From a phage: a stretch of 64,000 nucleotides of DNA. The stretch lies in the sequence record PZ445429.1; one strand, written 5' to 3'. The position numbers and the translations under genes were made by a program. Below, piece after piece: positions 54,570 through 63,518 of this stretch (its first letter is position 1; each line of letters begins with the position of its first letter). Under the pieces are notes generated by a model that saw only the letters and a list, made by a program, of their open reading frames with translations, was not told where the DNA came from and ran no database searches.

Positions 54570-54885
54570 CCTAAATGATAGTGGTTCTCACTTAGCCGAT
54601 AGTTTCTTATAGTTATTATTTCTCTTTAATTTATAAGTATATAATATAATATGAAATAGTTAGTTGGCTAATAGGTTTTTAGAGTATTAATAGTCTGCTA
54701 ACTGTTTCGGCTGTTACAATCCACCAGCGTGATTATTATCCTAGCGATTGTTAGTATGCTAACCAATCAATGCACGTCTAAACTTATTTGTCAATGAAAA
54801 ATAACAGCAGAAAATACTTTTTTGAAAAATCAAGTGGATAACTCATTAAATTTCATTTTTGCTTTTTGTATAAGTTATTAACAGG

Positions 54886-54916
54886 GTCTAAAACGCTCTG
54901 TAACGCATTCTAAGCG
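54886..54916. repeat. 31-bp direct-repeat motif, copy 2
   Basis: see copy 1. Confidence 0.6.
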
Positions 54917-55303
54917 CCTCAAAGGAAAAGATAGGCAATCATAAGGGGTACACCGAGAAAACCTCACCACGAGGATTTTAGATTTTGTCAAGTACCCTAG
55001 AGCAGATATAAATGAAAAAATTACTTGCTAAAATGGTTGTTTTGGTGTTATTCGCGCGCCCGTTTCATTAAATTTAGTGCGCCGCTGGACGTGGTGCGGT
55101 GGCGTTTGTCTTTACGTTTCTTTACAAAAATACGCTTGCGCCATTTTCGGGAATAACCTATTATTTATCTCGTAGGACGGCAAGACGGAAACGAAAGGCC
55201 AGACTACAACGGCGGGGAAGTTTACCGCCATGCTCTTTAAAAACTAGGGAACATCTTAAAGCCTATCGGCGGTAAACTTATATAATATAAGGAATCGACG
55301 ATA

Positions 55304-55522
55304 ATGATCAAATCAAAAAACGCTTTAGTGATTAGTGCGAAACCTGCTAGCGCATTAGATAGCAGAACAAAAAATTTGTTGACAGTAGCGCAAAGATCTG
55401 TAAAATACAGATTCAAGCAATACAAGAAAGGCAAGCAACAAGGGCTGGAAATGGTGTGGCGTAATATAATGATTGATTTATATAACTCACATCAAATCGA
55501 AAAAAGTTTAAAAAACGCTTGA
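55304..55522 (+). CDS. small basic protein (72 aa)
   Basis: RBS AAGGAATCGACGATAATG. Confidence 0.4.
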   Translation: MIKSKNALVISAKPASALDSRTKNLLTVAQRSVKYRFKQYKKGKQQGLEMVWRNIMIDLYNSHQIEKSLKNA

Positions 55523-55686
55523 CACGCTAGCCGATAGGTTTTAAGATGTTCCCCGTAGTAACTGCTCTTTAAAAATTTGGATAACGGTAATGTTTAGGCT
55601 AACTCCTAGCGGATTATAATCTAATAGCGTTTCAAAGTATCGAGGCGCTATTGTGGAATAATCCCCAATAAACCGGAGTATTAAAA

Positions 55687-55938
55687 ATGCAAAACGTTAT
55701 TACCGCGCCGAAAGTAGGTCAATCTGTTTTCATTCCTTTTGTAACTAAAACTGATGAATTAACCGGAAAAGCCGAACGTATCAAAGGTGCGGCGCTTGAT
55801 CCTTTCGATAAAATCGAAGCGGTTTACGCGGAAACGGAACGTAGCAACAACGGCAAGCCGATTTATACCGTCCGTGTTAAATCTGGCGACGTTGTAAAGG
55901 TCATTCAGAAAGATGATAAATGGCAAGCTATCGCCTAA
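55687..55938 (+). CDS. hypothetical protein (83 aa)
   Basis: RBS ACCGGAGTATTAAAAATG. Confidence 0.45.
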   Translation: MQNVITAPKVGQSVFIPFVTKTDELTGKAERIKGAALDPFDKIEAVYAETERSNNGKPIYTVRVKSGDVVKVIQKDDKWQAIA

Positions 55939-56163
55939 TAGCTTATTATTAACCCGCGCCTTTAATCGGCGTAAATAAATAAGGCTAGCGCCTCATGTTA
56001 GATTTTCGATATATTAACCATGTAGTGTGAACAATGTTATGGCACACAATTTAAACTTATATGATTAGTGTTACTTTTATATTCCCCTGAAATATGGGGA
56101 ATATATGGATTAACATTAGTTAATCATAATCCCTTAATTAATAATTGAATGGAGTATTAAATT

Positions 56164-56580
56164 ATGTCTAACGTTAAAACCGAAAAAACCGCAAAATTTT
56201 CTTGGAACGAAGAAAACACCGAAAAAGCTGTTTCTATGTATTCTGAAATGGTCGCTAAAAGCGGGATTGAATTTGCAAACAGTGACGGCCTGAAAGAAAT
56301 TGCCGCCGCCGTTGGTGCTGCTAGTCCGGTGTCTGTACGTTCTAAATTGACCAGTGCAAAAGCCTACCAGAAAAGCGACAAGCCGCGTAAAGTTGGCGGC
56401 GGGTCTAGTGTCCGTAAAGCTCACTATGTGCGCGTCATTGCTAAACATGCCATTGATAGCGGCATTGTAAAAGACGCTGACGATCTGGCAAGTCTGGAAA
56501 GTGCAAAACTTGAAACGCTGGAAGCCGTGGCGCAATTGTTAGGCGTAGCGGAGGAAGTGAAACAGGCCGCAGGTGAATAA
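56164..56580 (+). CDS. hypothetical protein (138 aa)
   Basis: RBS GGAGTATTAAATTATG; palindrome terminator 56590-56609. Confidence 0.5.
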   Translation: MSNVKTEKTAKFSWNEENTEKAVSMYSEMVAKSGIEFANSDGLKEIAAAVGAASPVSVRSKLTSAKAYQKSDKPRKVGGGSSVRKAHYVRVIAKHAIDSGIVKDADDLASLESAKLETLEAVAQLLGVAEEVKQAAGE

Positions 56581-56589
56581 ATTTTAATT

Positions 56590-56609
56590 AGCGGGGAATA
56601 TTCCCCGCT
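56590..56609. terminator. palindrome AGCGGGGAATATTCCCCGCT
   Basis: 10 bp after stop of 56164-56580. Confidence 0.5.
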
Positions 56610-56638
56610 ATAATTTCCCTTTGACCGGAGTTATTAAA

Positions 56639-56866
56639 ATGATTTTCTTTCCTAGTGAAGCGTTTATTTTAGGTTTATTTATAGTTGCCGCTATATTTAT
56701 ATTTAATTACGGCAAATATATAATCTCTATTATCGGCATTAATTCAGCTTATGCCGCTGATATGTTTAAACGTCAAGCTAATAAACAAAAATATCTGGCG
56801 ATTATATTTTTAACGCTGGCTATTAGTTGCGGGTTTAGTTCTAGTCTTATGCCAATTCTAGAATAA
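56639..56866 (+). CDS. small membrane protein (75 aa)
   Basis: ATG 56639 after RBS CCGGAGTTATTAAAATG; two TM helices. Confidence 0.4.
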   Translation: MIFFPSEAFILGLFIVAAIFIFNYGKYIISIIGINSAYAADMFKRQANKQKYLAIIFLTLAISCGFSSSLMPILE

Positions 56867-56974
56867 TATTGCAAATTATAACGCCTTTTAAATTGTCCTC
56901 ACTTCAGGCAAGGCGTTATATTTGGCAATATTGCCAGTATTAATATTTATCCCTTTATAGGAGTTGATTTAGTT

Positions 56975-58639
56975 ATGAATATTTCCGCAGAAAAACAAGC
57001 TCAAATTCTGAAAATGGCCGCAGATTTTAACTTCTACGGTAAGCGTTTACGCGCTACTAAATTGGAAGTTTGCGACGATATTTCAAAAGCTGTTTATGAT
57101 ACGCCGAAACATTCAACCGCAATTTGTGACTGGCTGGAAGCAAATAAGCCAGCGAAACCGAAAGCGGCAAAAGCTGAAAAGGCGATTAAAAATGATGATC
57201 GCCCCGAAGCGGCGGGAATTGTTTCTAGTACCGTTGAACAATGGGAAGTTAAATCCGGTCGCCGTTTTATTCTAACGTCGATTCAAAATAATACTTTCCC
57301 GCATAAAAACTTTTTAGCAAGTCTGGAAAAATTCGCTGAATATTGCGGCGCTGAATTGCTGATTAGTAAATTCATTTATAATAAAAATGGATTCCAGAAC
57401 GGGGAAGGGGCAAACGGTATTAAATACGATCCCGCATTTGATAAATATGTTTGTGATAAAAACGTATTTTTAAATAACCGCCGCTTTGCTTTCATGGCTG
57501 AAATTAACGTTTTACCAACGGCAGATTATCCGCTTTCAGGATTCGCAGAAACCGCCACGGCTTTAAATATCGAAGGTCTGGCAATTGGTCACGCAAAAAT
57601 TACCGCTGAAAGTGTTCCCGCGCTTAAAGGTGAAGTAGTGCGCCGTATGTATTCAACCGGAACGGCTACGCTTAAAAACTACATTCAGCAGAAAGCAGGT
57701 CAAAAAGCTGAGGCTTTACATAATTACGGCGCTTTGCTGGTGGAGTTCGACGACGACGGAGAATTTTATTGCCGCCAGCTTGAAACAATGGATGAAAGCG
57801 GAATGTTCTATGATTTGAATGTTTGCGCTATGCCTACCGGATGTTTTGAAACGTCCGATCATGTTCTAGGCTTGCAATATGGCGATATTCACGCCGAAAA
57901 ACTAGATGATGATTGCGCCGTCGCTTCATGGGCTAGTGAAAACAGCTTGCTTGATATTCTTAAACCGAAATATCAATTTATTCATGATGTGCATGATTTT
58001 ACATCCCGCAATCACCATAACCGCGCAAGTGGTGTATTCCTTGCTAAACAATACGCCGCCGGACGTGATAAAGTTATTGATGATCTTATCGATACGGGTC
58101 GCGTATTAGAGTCTATGGAGCGTGATTTCTCTCAAACAATCATTGTGGAATCTAACCATGATTTAGCTCTTTCACGCTGGCTTGATGATCGTAACGCTAA
58201 CATTAAAGATGATCCCGCAAACGCGGAATTGTATCACCGTCTAAACGCTGCGATTTACGCCGCTATTGCTGAAAAGGATGATACCTTTAACGTGCTAGAT
58301 TACGCCTTGCGGAACGTCGCAGGTTGTGAATTTAACGCTATTTTCCTGACTACTGACCAATCATTTAAAATCGCTGGCATTGAATGCGGCGTACATGGTC
58401 ACAATGGCATTAACGGCAGTCGGGGCAATCCTAAGCAGTTTAAAAAGTTGGGACGCCTTAACACTGGTCACACTCACACGGCTAGCATTTACGGCGGCGT
58501 TTATACCGCTGGCGTTGCTGGTAGTCTCGATATGGGTTACAACGTTGGCGCGTCAAGCTGGACGCAAACGCATTTAATTACATATGCAAACGGTCAACGT
58601 ACCTTGATTGATTTCAAAAATGGCAAATTCTTTGCCTAA
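56975..58639 (+). CDS. A1: A1-like pre-early protein with calcineurin-type metallophosphoesterase/nuclease motifs
   Basis: 554 aa (T5 A1 is ~556 aa); GDIHAEKLD, ESNHDL, GHNG, GHTHTA motifs; followed by A2-like and dmp-like genes. Confidence 0.55.
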   Translation: MNISAEKQAQILKMAADFNFYGKRLRATKLEVCDDISKAVYDTPKHSTAICDWLEANKPAKPKAAKAEKAIKNDDRPEAAGIVSSTVEQWEVKSGRRFILTSIQNNTFPHKNFLASLEKFAEYCGAELLISKFIYNKNGFQNGEGANGIKYDPAFDKYVCDKNVFLNNRRFAFMAEINVLPTADYPLSGFAETATALNIEGLAIGHAKITAESVPALKGEVVRRMYSTGTATLKNYIQQKAGQKAEALHNYGALLVEFDDDGEFYCRQLETMDESGMFYDLNVCAMPTGCFETSDHVLGLQYGDIHAEKLDDDCAVASWASENSLLDILKPKYQFIHDVHDFTSRNHHNRASGVFLAKQYAAGRDKVIDDLIDTGRVLESMERDFSQTIIVESNHDLALSRWLDDRNANIKDDPANAELYHRLNAAIYAAIAEKDDTFNVLDYALRNVAGCEFNAIFLTTDQSFKIAGIECGVHGHNGINGSRGNPKQFKKLGRLNTGHTHTASIYGGVYTAGVAGSLDMGYNVGASSWTQTHLITYANGQRTLIDFKNGKFFA

Positions 58640-58651
58640 TTAAATTTAATC

Positions 58652-58671
58652 AGCGGGGAATATTCCCCGCT
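58652..58671. terminator. palindrome AGCGGGGAATATTCCCCGCT
   Basis: 13 bp after stop of A1-like gene. Confidence 0.5.
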
Positions 58672-58714
58672 TATATTCCCGAAAAAGTTAATTAAATAAT
58701 CTGGAGTTTTAAAC

Positions 58715-59107
58715 ATGAAAAACCAAAACATTCCTTTTGATCGCGCTACTTCTTCCATCGTTCTAGTTTATTCTAATGGCGAGCGTTATCACGTTGAATC
58801 GGGTCATATTATTGATGAACTGCTAGACTTTAACGAGGCGCTACAGGTAACAACATTTGCATATATTACCGGTAAAGCGTCAAGCCATACAAAAGCAAAA
58901 GGCGTTTATATTGATACCGTAAAAGAGCAAACTGTTATTATTGACGCTGTAAAATCAGGTCTAGCGTTTGCAGTTGTCGCGCCATGCCCCGCTTGCCTTG
59001 ATAATGCTCTTATGTCTGCAAAGGTCTACACTTGCGCGGGGATTCGTTCCAGCGTATCAGGTGAGGATATTAGTTTTATCGCTGATGCTCTTGCTTTTGG
59101 TCTTTAA
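58715..59107 (+). CDS. A2-like pre-early protein (130 aa)
   Basis: size and position downstream of A1-like gene; hairpin terminator 59121-59147. Confidence 0.3.
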   Translation: MKNQNIPFDRATSSIVLVYSNGERYHVESGHIIDELLDFNEALQVTTFAYITGKASSHTKAKGVYIDTVKEQTVIIDAVKSGLAFAVVAPCPACLDNALMSAKVYTCAGIRSSVSGEDISFIADALAFGL

Positions 59108-59120
59108 TAGCTAACTTATT

Positions 59121-59147
59121 ATTGCCCGCTTATAAATAGCGGGCAAT
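59121..59147 (+). terminator. hairpin terminator after A2-like gene
   Basis: ATTGCCCGCT-TATAAAT-AGCGGGCAAT. Confidence 0.55.
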
Positions 59148-59186
59148 GCTGAATTAACTATACCCTTAAATGGAGAACGTAACAAA

Positions 59187-59921
59187 ATGAATCAAGTTAA
59201 AATGAATATTACCCATAATTTCCCGCATATTTCCCGCGTCATGATTTGGGATCTGGACGGCACAATCATTAATTCTTTCCATCGTGTAGCGCCTTGCTTT
59301 GATGATAACGGGAATTTAAATTTAAATAAGTATTCCCGCGAAGCCTGTAAACATGAATTAATTATGCAGGATTCTTTATTGCCGTTGGTTGAATATATGC
59401 GCCAATGTATGAGTGACGCAAATACATTAAACATTATTTGTACCGCTCGCCTTATGTCTAAAAGCGATTATTTTTATTTACGCAAACAAGGCCTGCGAGG
59501 GCGCGGAAATAGTAATATCCGCGTATTTTCCCGCGATACACTGCATAAATACTTTGAAGCTGATAAGGTTAGCGAAATATACCACAGCAAAGACGCTGTA
59601 TACAAAAGCTATTACTTTGAACTATTTAAACAGCTATATCCGAACGCTGATTTTACGATGATTGATGATCATAAAGGCGTATTATCGGCGGCGGCAAGTG
59701 CTGGGTTCAAAACACTGGACGCCCAAGCCGTTAACGATATCCTATCAATCGGCGTAGCATTGATCGGTGAAACCTTTATTGATGAATCGTTAGATGATGA
59801 TAATGATTATCAATTCCTAGCCGAACGTTTAAAAATGTGTTGGGAAGGTATGACCGAGGAAGAACGCGCGGAATATAGTACCACACCGCAACAATTCATT
59901 GATAAATTAAAAGTTGCATAA
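59187..59921 (+). CDS. dmp: HAD-family 5'-deoxyribonucleotidase (dmp-like)
   Basis: 244 aa; HAD motif I MIWDLDGTIINS; later DD motif. Confidence 0.55.
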   Translation: MNQVKMNITHNFPHISRVMIWDLDGTIINSFHRVAPCFDDNGNLNLNKYSREACKHELIMQDSLLPLVEYMRQCMSDANTLNIICTARLMSKSDYFYLRKQGLRGRGNSNIRVFSRDTLHKYFEADKVSEIYHSKDAVYKSYYFELFKQLYPNADFTMIDDHKGVLSAAASAGFKTLDAQAVNDILSIGVALIGETFIDESLDDDNDYQFLAERLKMCWEGMTEEERAEYSTTPQQFIDKLKVA

Positions 59922-59938
59922 CAATTAAAAATAAAATA

Positions 59939-59976
59939 GTTTCATCCTGTAATTAAAAAATGGTTACAGGATGAAA
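59939..59976. terminator. bidirectional hairpin between dmp-like (+) and HNH (-)
   Basis: TTTCATCCTGTAA-TTAAAAAATGG-TTACAGGATGAAA. Confidence 0.6.
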
Positions 59977-60094
59977 CAGTTAGCATGGTAATAGTAACAC
60001 AGGGGGATTATTAGACTACTAACTATCCCCAGTCCCACTGAGCACATCTGCATGTGTAATCTTATGAAATTTCAAGATTTTCAAATTAGCGCTA

Positions 60095-60568
60095 TTAACC
60101 GTGGTTTGTGAACTCACCACATACTTTCTCACGTGCTTCCCTTATCGCACTTTCAGCTTCCTCAAGACTCTCGAAATAGGCCGAGATAAAATATTTGCCT
60201 TGGTGTCTACCGCGTGCTCTCCACTTCTTACGAGTGTTATCCCAGTATACTCCCTTAACTCCCGAGATATTGTTCTTAGATAGACGCTGATTCGCTAAGT
60301 TCTGCTCATGTGATGCTTTACGAAGATTATTCTTTCTATTATCTAGTCCCTCACAGTTTTTATGGTCTATGAGAGATTCTCCGGGATCTTCTCCGTAGAT
60401 GCACCACCAAGCTAGGCGATGCACTCTAAACTCTCCGAACTGTGGGTGACGATATATGAGATAACCTTCACTTTCCTTAGTATATCCTATAATAGGCAGG
60501 AATCGCCCCGTATCTGGATCGTATGAAAAACTACCAGCTATTTCATCAGGGATTTTCTTAAATATCAT
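60095..60568 (-). CDS. HNH homing endonuclease
   Basis: HRLAWWCIYGEDPGESLIDHKNCEGLDNRKNNLR ... GVKGVYW, paralogous to the 15403 HNH. Confidence 0.7.
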   Translation of the reverse strand: MIFKKIPDEIAGSFSYDPDTGRFLPIIGYTKESEGYLIYRHPQFGEFRVHRLAWWCIYGEDPGESLIDHKNCEGLDNRKNNLRKASHEQNLANQRLSKNNISGVKGVYWDNTRKKWRARGRHQGKYFISAYFESLEEAESAIREAREKVCGEFTNHG

Positions 60569-60810
60569 GAACTTCTCCTATCTACTGGCTTATCTCCCGA
60601 TTCTGACATACGAAACCTCCTCCGCGACGCCCGAGATCCATCAGACCATTCTCGCTCAAACTCCGCACGTTTCTCCGCAAACTTCCGCTCTCTTTCCGAA
60701 AGCTCTCGCGATACTCCCGCAATATATTCACGATGCTTATTAATCGCCCCGAGTGTTCCGAAGATTCCCGCAAGTACCCCGATAATGAAGATAGCTACAA
60801 AACTAAACAT
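60565..60810 (-). CDS. small membrane protein (81 aa)
   Basis: N-terminal TM helix, basic tail. Confidence 0.4.
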   Translation of the reverse strand: MFSFVAIFIIGVLAGIFGTLGAINKHREYIAGVSRELSERERKFAEKRAEFEREWSDGSRASRRRFRMSESGDKPVDRRSS

Positions 60811-60913
60811 TACTTGTCTCCACGCAGCTTACGTTCGATACGAGCTAAGTGGTTATCTAAGATGCACTGCCCTATAATTACCACAACTAGTAAAGCAATA
60901 ATTACTACTTCCA

Positions 60914-61099
60914 TTATAACCACCCCGCCATAGCTGCTAACCAAAAGAGTACAAAGATAAAGAATAACACAGTCCCGAATCCGAAACTATTTATCCAACT
61001 TTCGTACACTTCCCCGCGTCTGTTCTTTCTTCTGTTGTCGTCTGACATCTCTTTGCTTCTCCTGTAGTCTTGGTATTTGGAATACCATAGCAATTGCAT
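60914..61099 (-). CDS. small membrane protein (61 aa)
   Basis: C-terminal TM helix. Confidence 0.35.
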   Translation of the reverse strand: MQLLWYSKYQDYRRSKEMSDDNRRKNRRGEVYESWINSFGFGTVLFFIFVLFWLAAMAGWL

Positions 61100-61376
61100 G
61101 AACCATTATGACTGTCCCGATAAGATCCATTACTTCGTCGAAGCCGGATTCTTCTAGTAAGAAGGATGTTCCATCACGTCTTCTACTGTATCTTCTATGA
61201 CATCTTGAATGATTTCATCAATTGCATCATGTATTGCTTTTTATTCCTGGGATTTATTTCAAAGTTAACAGGTTCCTGAAAGGACTTTTCTTCATCTTGC
61301 ATTGTGTTTGCTACCTGTACCTCATCCCAGAAATAAAAATTTTTGTTTACTTCGAGATCTTTTTACTTTATACTAA

Positions 61377-61643
61377 TTACAAGTGACCAGATTGTTCTAG
61401 TTTAAATTTGCAATCACCATATTTGAGATCAAACTGTGACAAATCCCACCACCCAAACTTAGTGCGTAACTGAGTTTTAGGGAATCGGTAGCCCACAGTA
61501 CGTGCTTCTCTAATATCTAAAGCGTAGTGTTCTTCACCAACATGTCCATAAGACTTCACGTATGCCTTACAGAATGGCTCGGGAGCTGGTACACAACCAG
61601 TCAACACTACTGCTGCAACTACGATAGCTAGTAACTTTTTCAT
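61377..61643 (-). CDS. llp: Llp-like lipoprotein (receptor-blocking lytic-conversion lipoprotein, putative)
   Basis: 88 aa, signal peptide with lipobox LTGC; divergent from adjacent receptor-binding protein gene as for T5 llp/oad. Confidence 0.5.
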   Translation of the reverse strand: MKKLLAIVVAAVVLTGCVPAPEPFCKAYVKSYGHVGEEHYALDIREARTVGYRFPKTQLRTKFGWWDLSQFDLKYGDCKFKLEQSGHL

Positions 61644-61726
61644 AATCGTTCCTCTGTTTAATTTATAAATATATTATAGCAAAATAGAGGGATTTAAGCA
61701 AATACATTTTTAAAGAAGGAGATTGT

Positions 61727-63508
61727 ATGAGTTTTTTCGCAGGAAAATTTAGTGATGGTAAAACTGTATTATCTCTAAACGCTGCTAATGGTGGTGATAC
61801 TGGTGAGCACTATTCTCCAAATACTAATAGTATCTTCCACTCCGATATGCCTTTCGTCCTGGTTGATGGGACTTATGAAGCAGCCCTAGGTAATGCAGGT
61901 AATGGATACTTTGTTACTCAGATGCCTTGGGATATTATAAATATTAAATCCAATGATCCAGGTAGAGTTATATTAACTGCTATTGAGATAAACGGTACTC
62001 ATAGAGGATTCCTCAATGGTACTCAATCTCAGGTTGGCCAGTTCTTATCATTTTTTGAAGACCCACCACGTGCTGGTGCTGAATTATCTGTAACATCTGC
62101 TTTTGCGATCGGGGATAGTTTAGCTCATGGTACTTATATCTATAATGGTGGTCTTGGTCATGAGGAATCTATTGCTAGGCAAGGTTCTGGAGGCAGTTTA
62201 CTACAGTCCTCTGGTTTCCAGATCTTTAGACCTGGTGGTGTTCCTGCTGGTGAAGCCATTGCCAGAGCCTGGAGTCTTATGGGTTTTCCAACTGGTGTCT
62301 CTACTGTTCCTTTAAATGGTGGTAACGCTGATTATTGGGATCCTAACTGGCAGGCGCCTATTGGTTCTGCTGGTAGAGGCCATGATTGGTTTTATGTTTG
62401 TAGTTCTAATATTCGTGGCTTCGCAGGTAAAAAAGGCGTACTACCAGATAACGTAAACATTAACTACCAATCCCCCTCCTTTCCTACTAAAGTATACGTT
62501 TGCAGGGGTTCTACAACTAATATGGCTGCGCAAGCCACTAGAAAGGTATATGTACAGGACTGGTACAACGTTACGCCAACTAAGGTTATTTGGTATGTAC
62601 TAAATCTGCGCTATTCTAATGGTAGTATGGGAGTTTCTGGTAATCCATTTACCGGTTCAGATATCTTAATATCTCCATCTAACTTTACTATTAAAGGTGT
62701 TAGCCTACCAAATACAGGCTATAAATTTATTAACCAGAATGCTTTCGGAAACTTAGGCTATCGCCCTGATATGGAGTATGTTGGTAATAACGCTGCGTAT
62801 ACCGGAGTTTTTGGTGATAATACTGCACGATGTGAATTTATCGGCTCTAGTAATGGCGGATTGTGGTCTCCTGTTAACTATGGGGGTGCAGCTTCTCAAA
62901 TTAGCTTATATAAATTTGGTGTAGGTAAACAATGGTATGTAGATACTAATACCAACTCCATTGGTAATGAACATGGACCTGTATGGAGTCCTAGTACTGT
63001 ACCCCTCAGGTTATTCCCAGGCAACGTTGCAAGTACTTATGTAGGGGATGATATAACTCCATCCTACCCTGGTGCTGGTGACTTCTACACACCTTTGGCC
63101 ACAGTTTGGTTGGGATTACCAAATGCTCACTCTACTGTTATATTAACTACTGAAGTTATTATGGGTAATCTTAATACTGCTGGAATGCCCGTGCGTACTT
63201 ATGGTGGTAGTGCTTGGCAGGTACAAGGTAGACGTCAACAAAGTTATACAGCTGGTGATGGTGTATTCCATCAGATTCTTACTCTGCCACCTGGCTATCT
63301 AGTACCATATCACAGTACAACTTCCTATAGCTATACCCAAACGTGGGCTAGTAGGCCTGATGAGTTTGCTTTCCGTAGGAACGGATATATTTATACTATT
63401 AAAAACCTTGGTAATGGCAACGTTGAATTGGGTGTTATCATTCACGCTGCGGAAGCGGCGGCTGTTTTCTTGCCAAGACTACGTGTAACAGTTCAACGCC
63501 TAACCTAA
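61727..63508 (+). CDS. receptor-binding tail protein (pb5/Oad-like, putative)
   Basis: 593 aa Gly/Asn/Ser/Thr/Tyr-rich beta-type protein adjacent to llp-like gene; RBS AAGGAG. Confidence 0.45.
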   Translation: MSFFAGKFSDGKTVLSLNAANGGDTGEHYSPNTNSIFHSDMPFVLVDGTYEAALGNAGNGYFVTQMPWDIINIKSNDPGRVILTAIEINGTHRGFLNGTQSQVGQFLSFFEDPPRAGAELSVTSAFAIGDSLAHGTYIYNGGLGHEESIARQGSGGSLLQSSGFQIFRPGGVPAGEAIARAWSLMGFPTGVSTVPLNGGNADYWDPNWQAPIGSAGRGHDWFYVCSSNIRGFAGKKGVLPDNVNINYQSPSFPTKVYVCRGSTTNMAAQATRKVYVQDWYNVTPTKVIWYVLNLRYSNGSMGVSGNPFTGSDILISPSNFTIKGVSLPNTGYKFINQNAFGNLGYRPDMEYVGNNAAYTGVFGDNTARCEFIGSSNGGLWSPVNYGGAASQISLYKFGVGKQWYVDTNTNSIGNEHGPVWSPSTVPLRLFPGNVASTYVGDDITPSYPGAGDFYTPLATVWLGLPNAHSTVILTTEVIMGNLNTAGMPVRTYGGSAWQVQGRRQQSYTAGDGVFHQILTLPPGYLVPYHSTTSYSYTQTWASRPDEFAFRRNGYIYTIKNLGNGNVELGVIIHAAEAAAVFLPRLRVTVQRLT

Positions 63509-63518
63509 AGGAGGATAT

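Larger units (their letters stand above)
54461..54570. repeat. right arm of ~110-bp inverted repeat (LexA box + DnaA boxes)
   Basis: see left arm; together they bracket the 3.9 kb minus-strand cassette. Confidence 0.65.
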
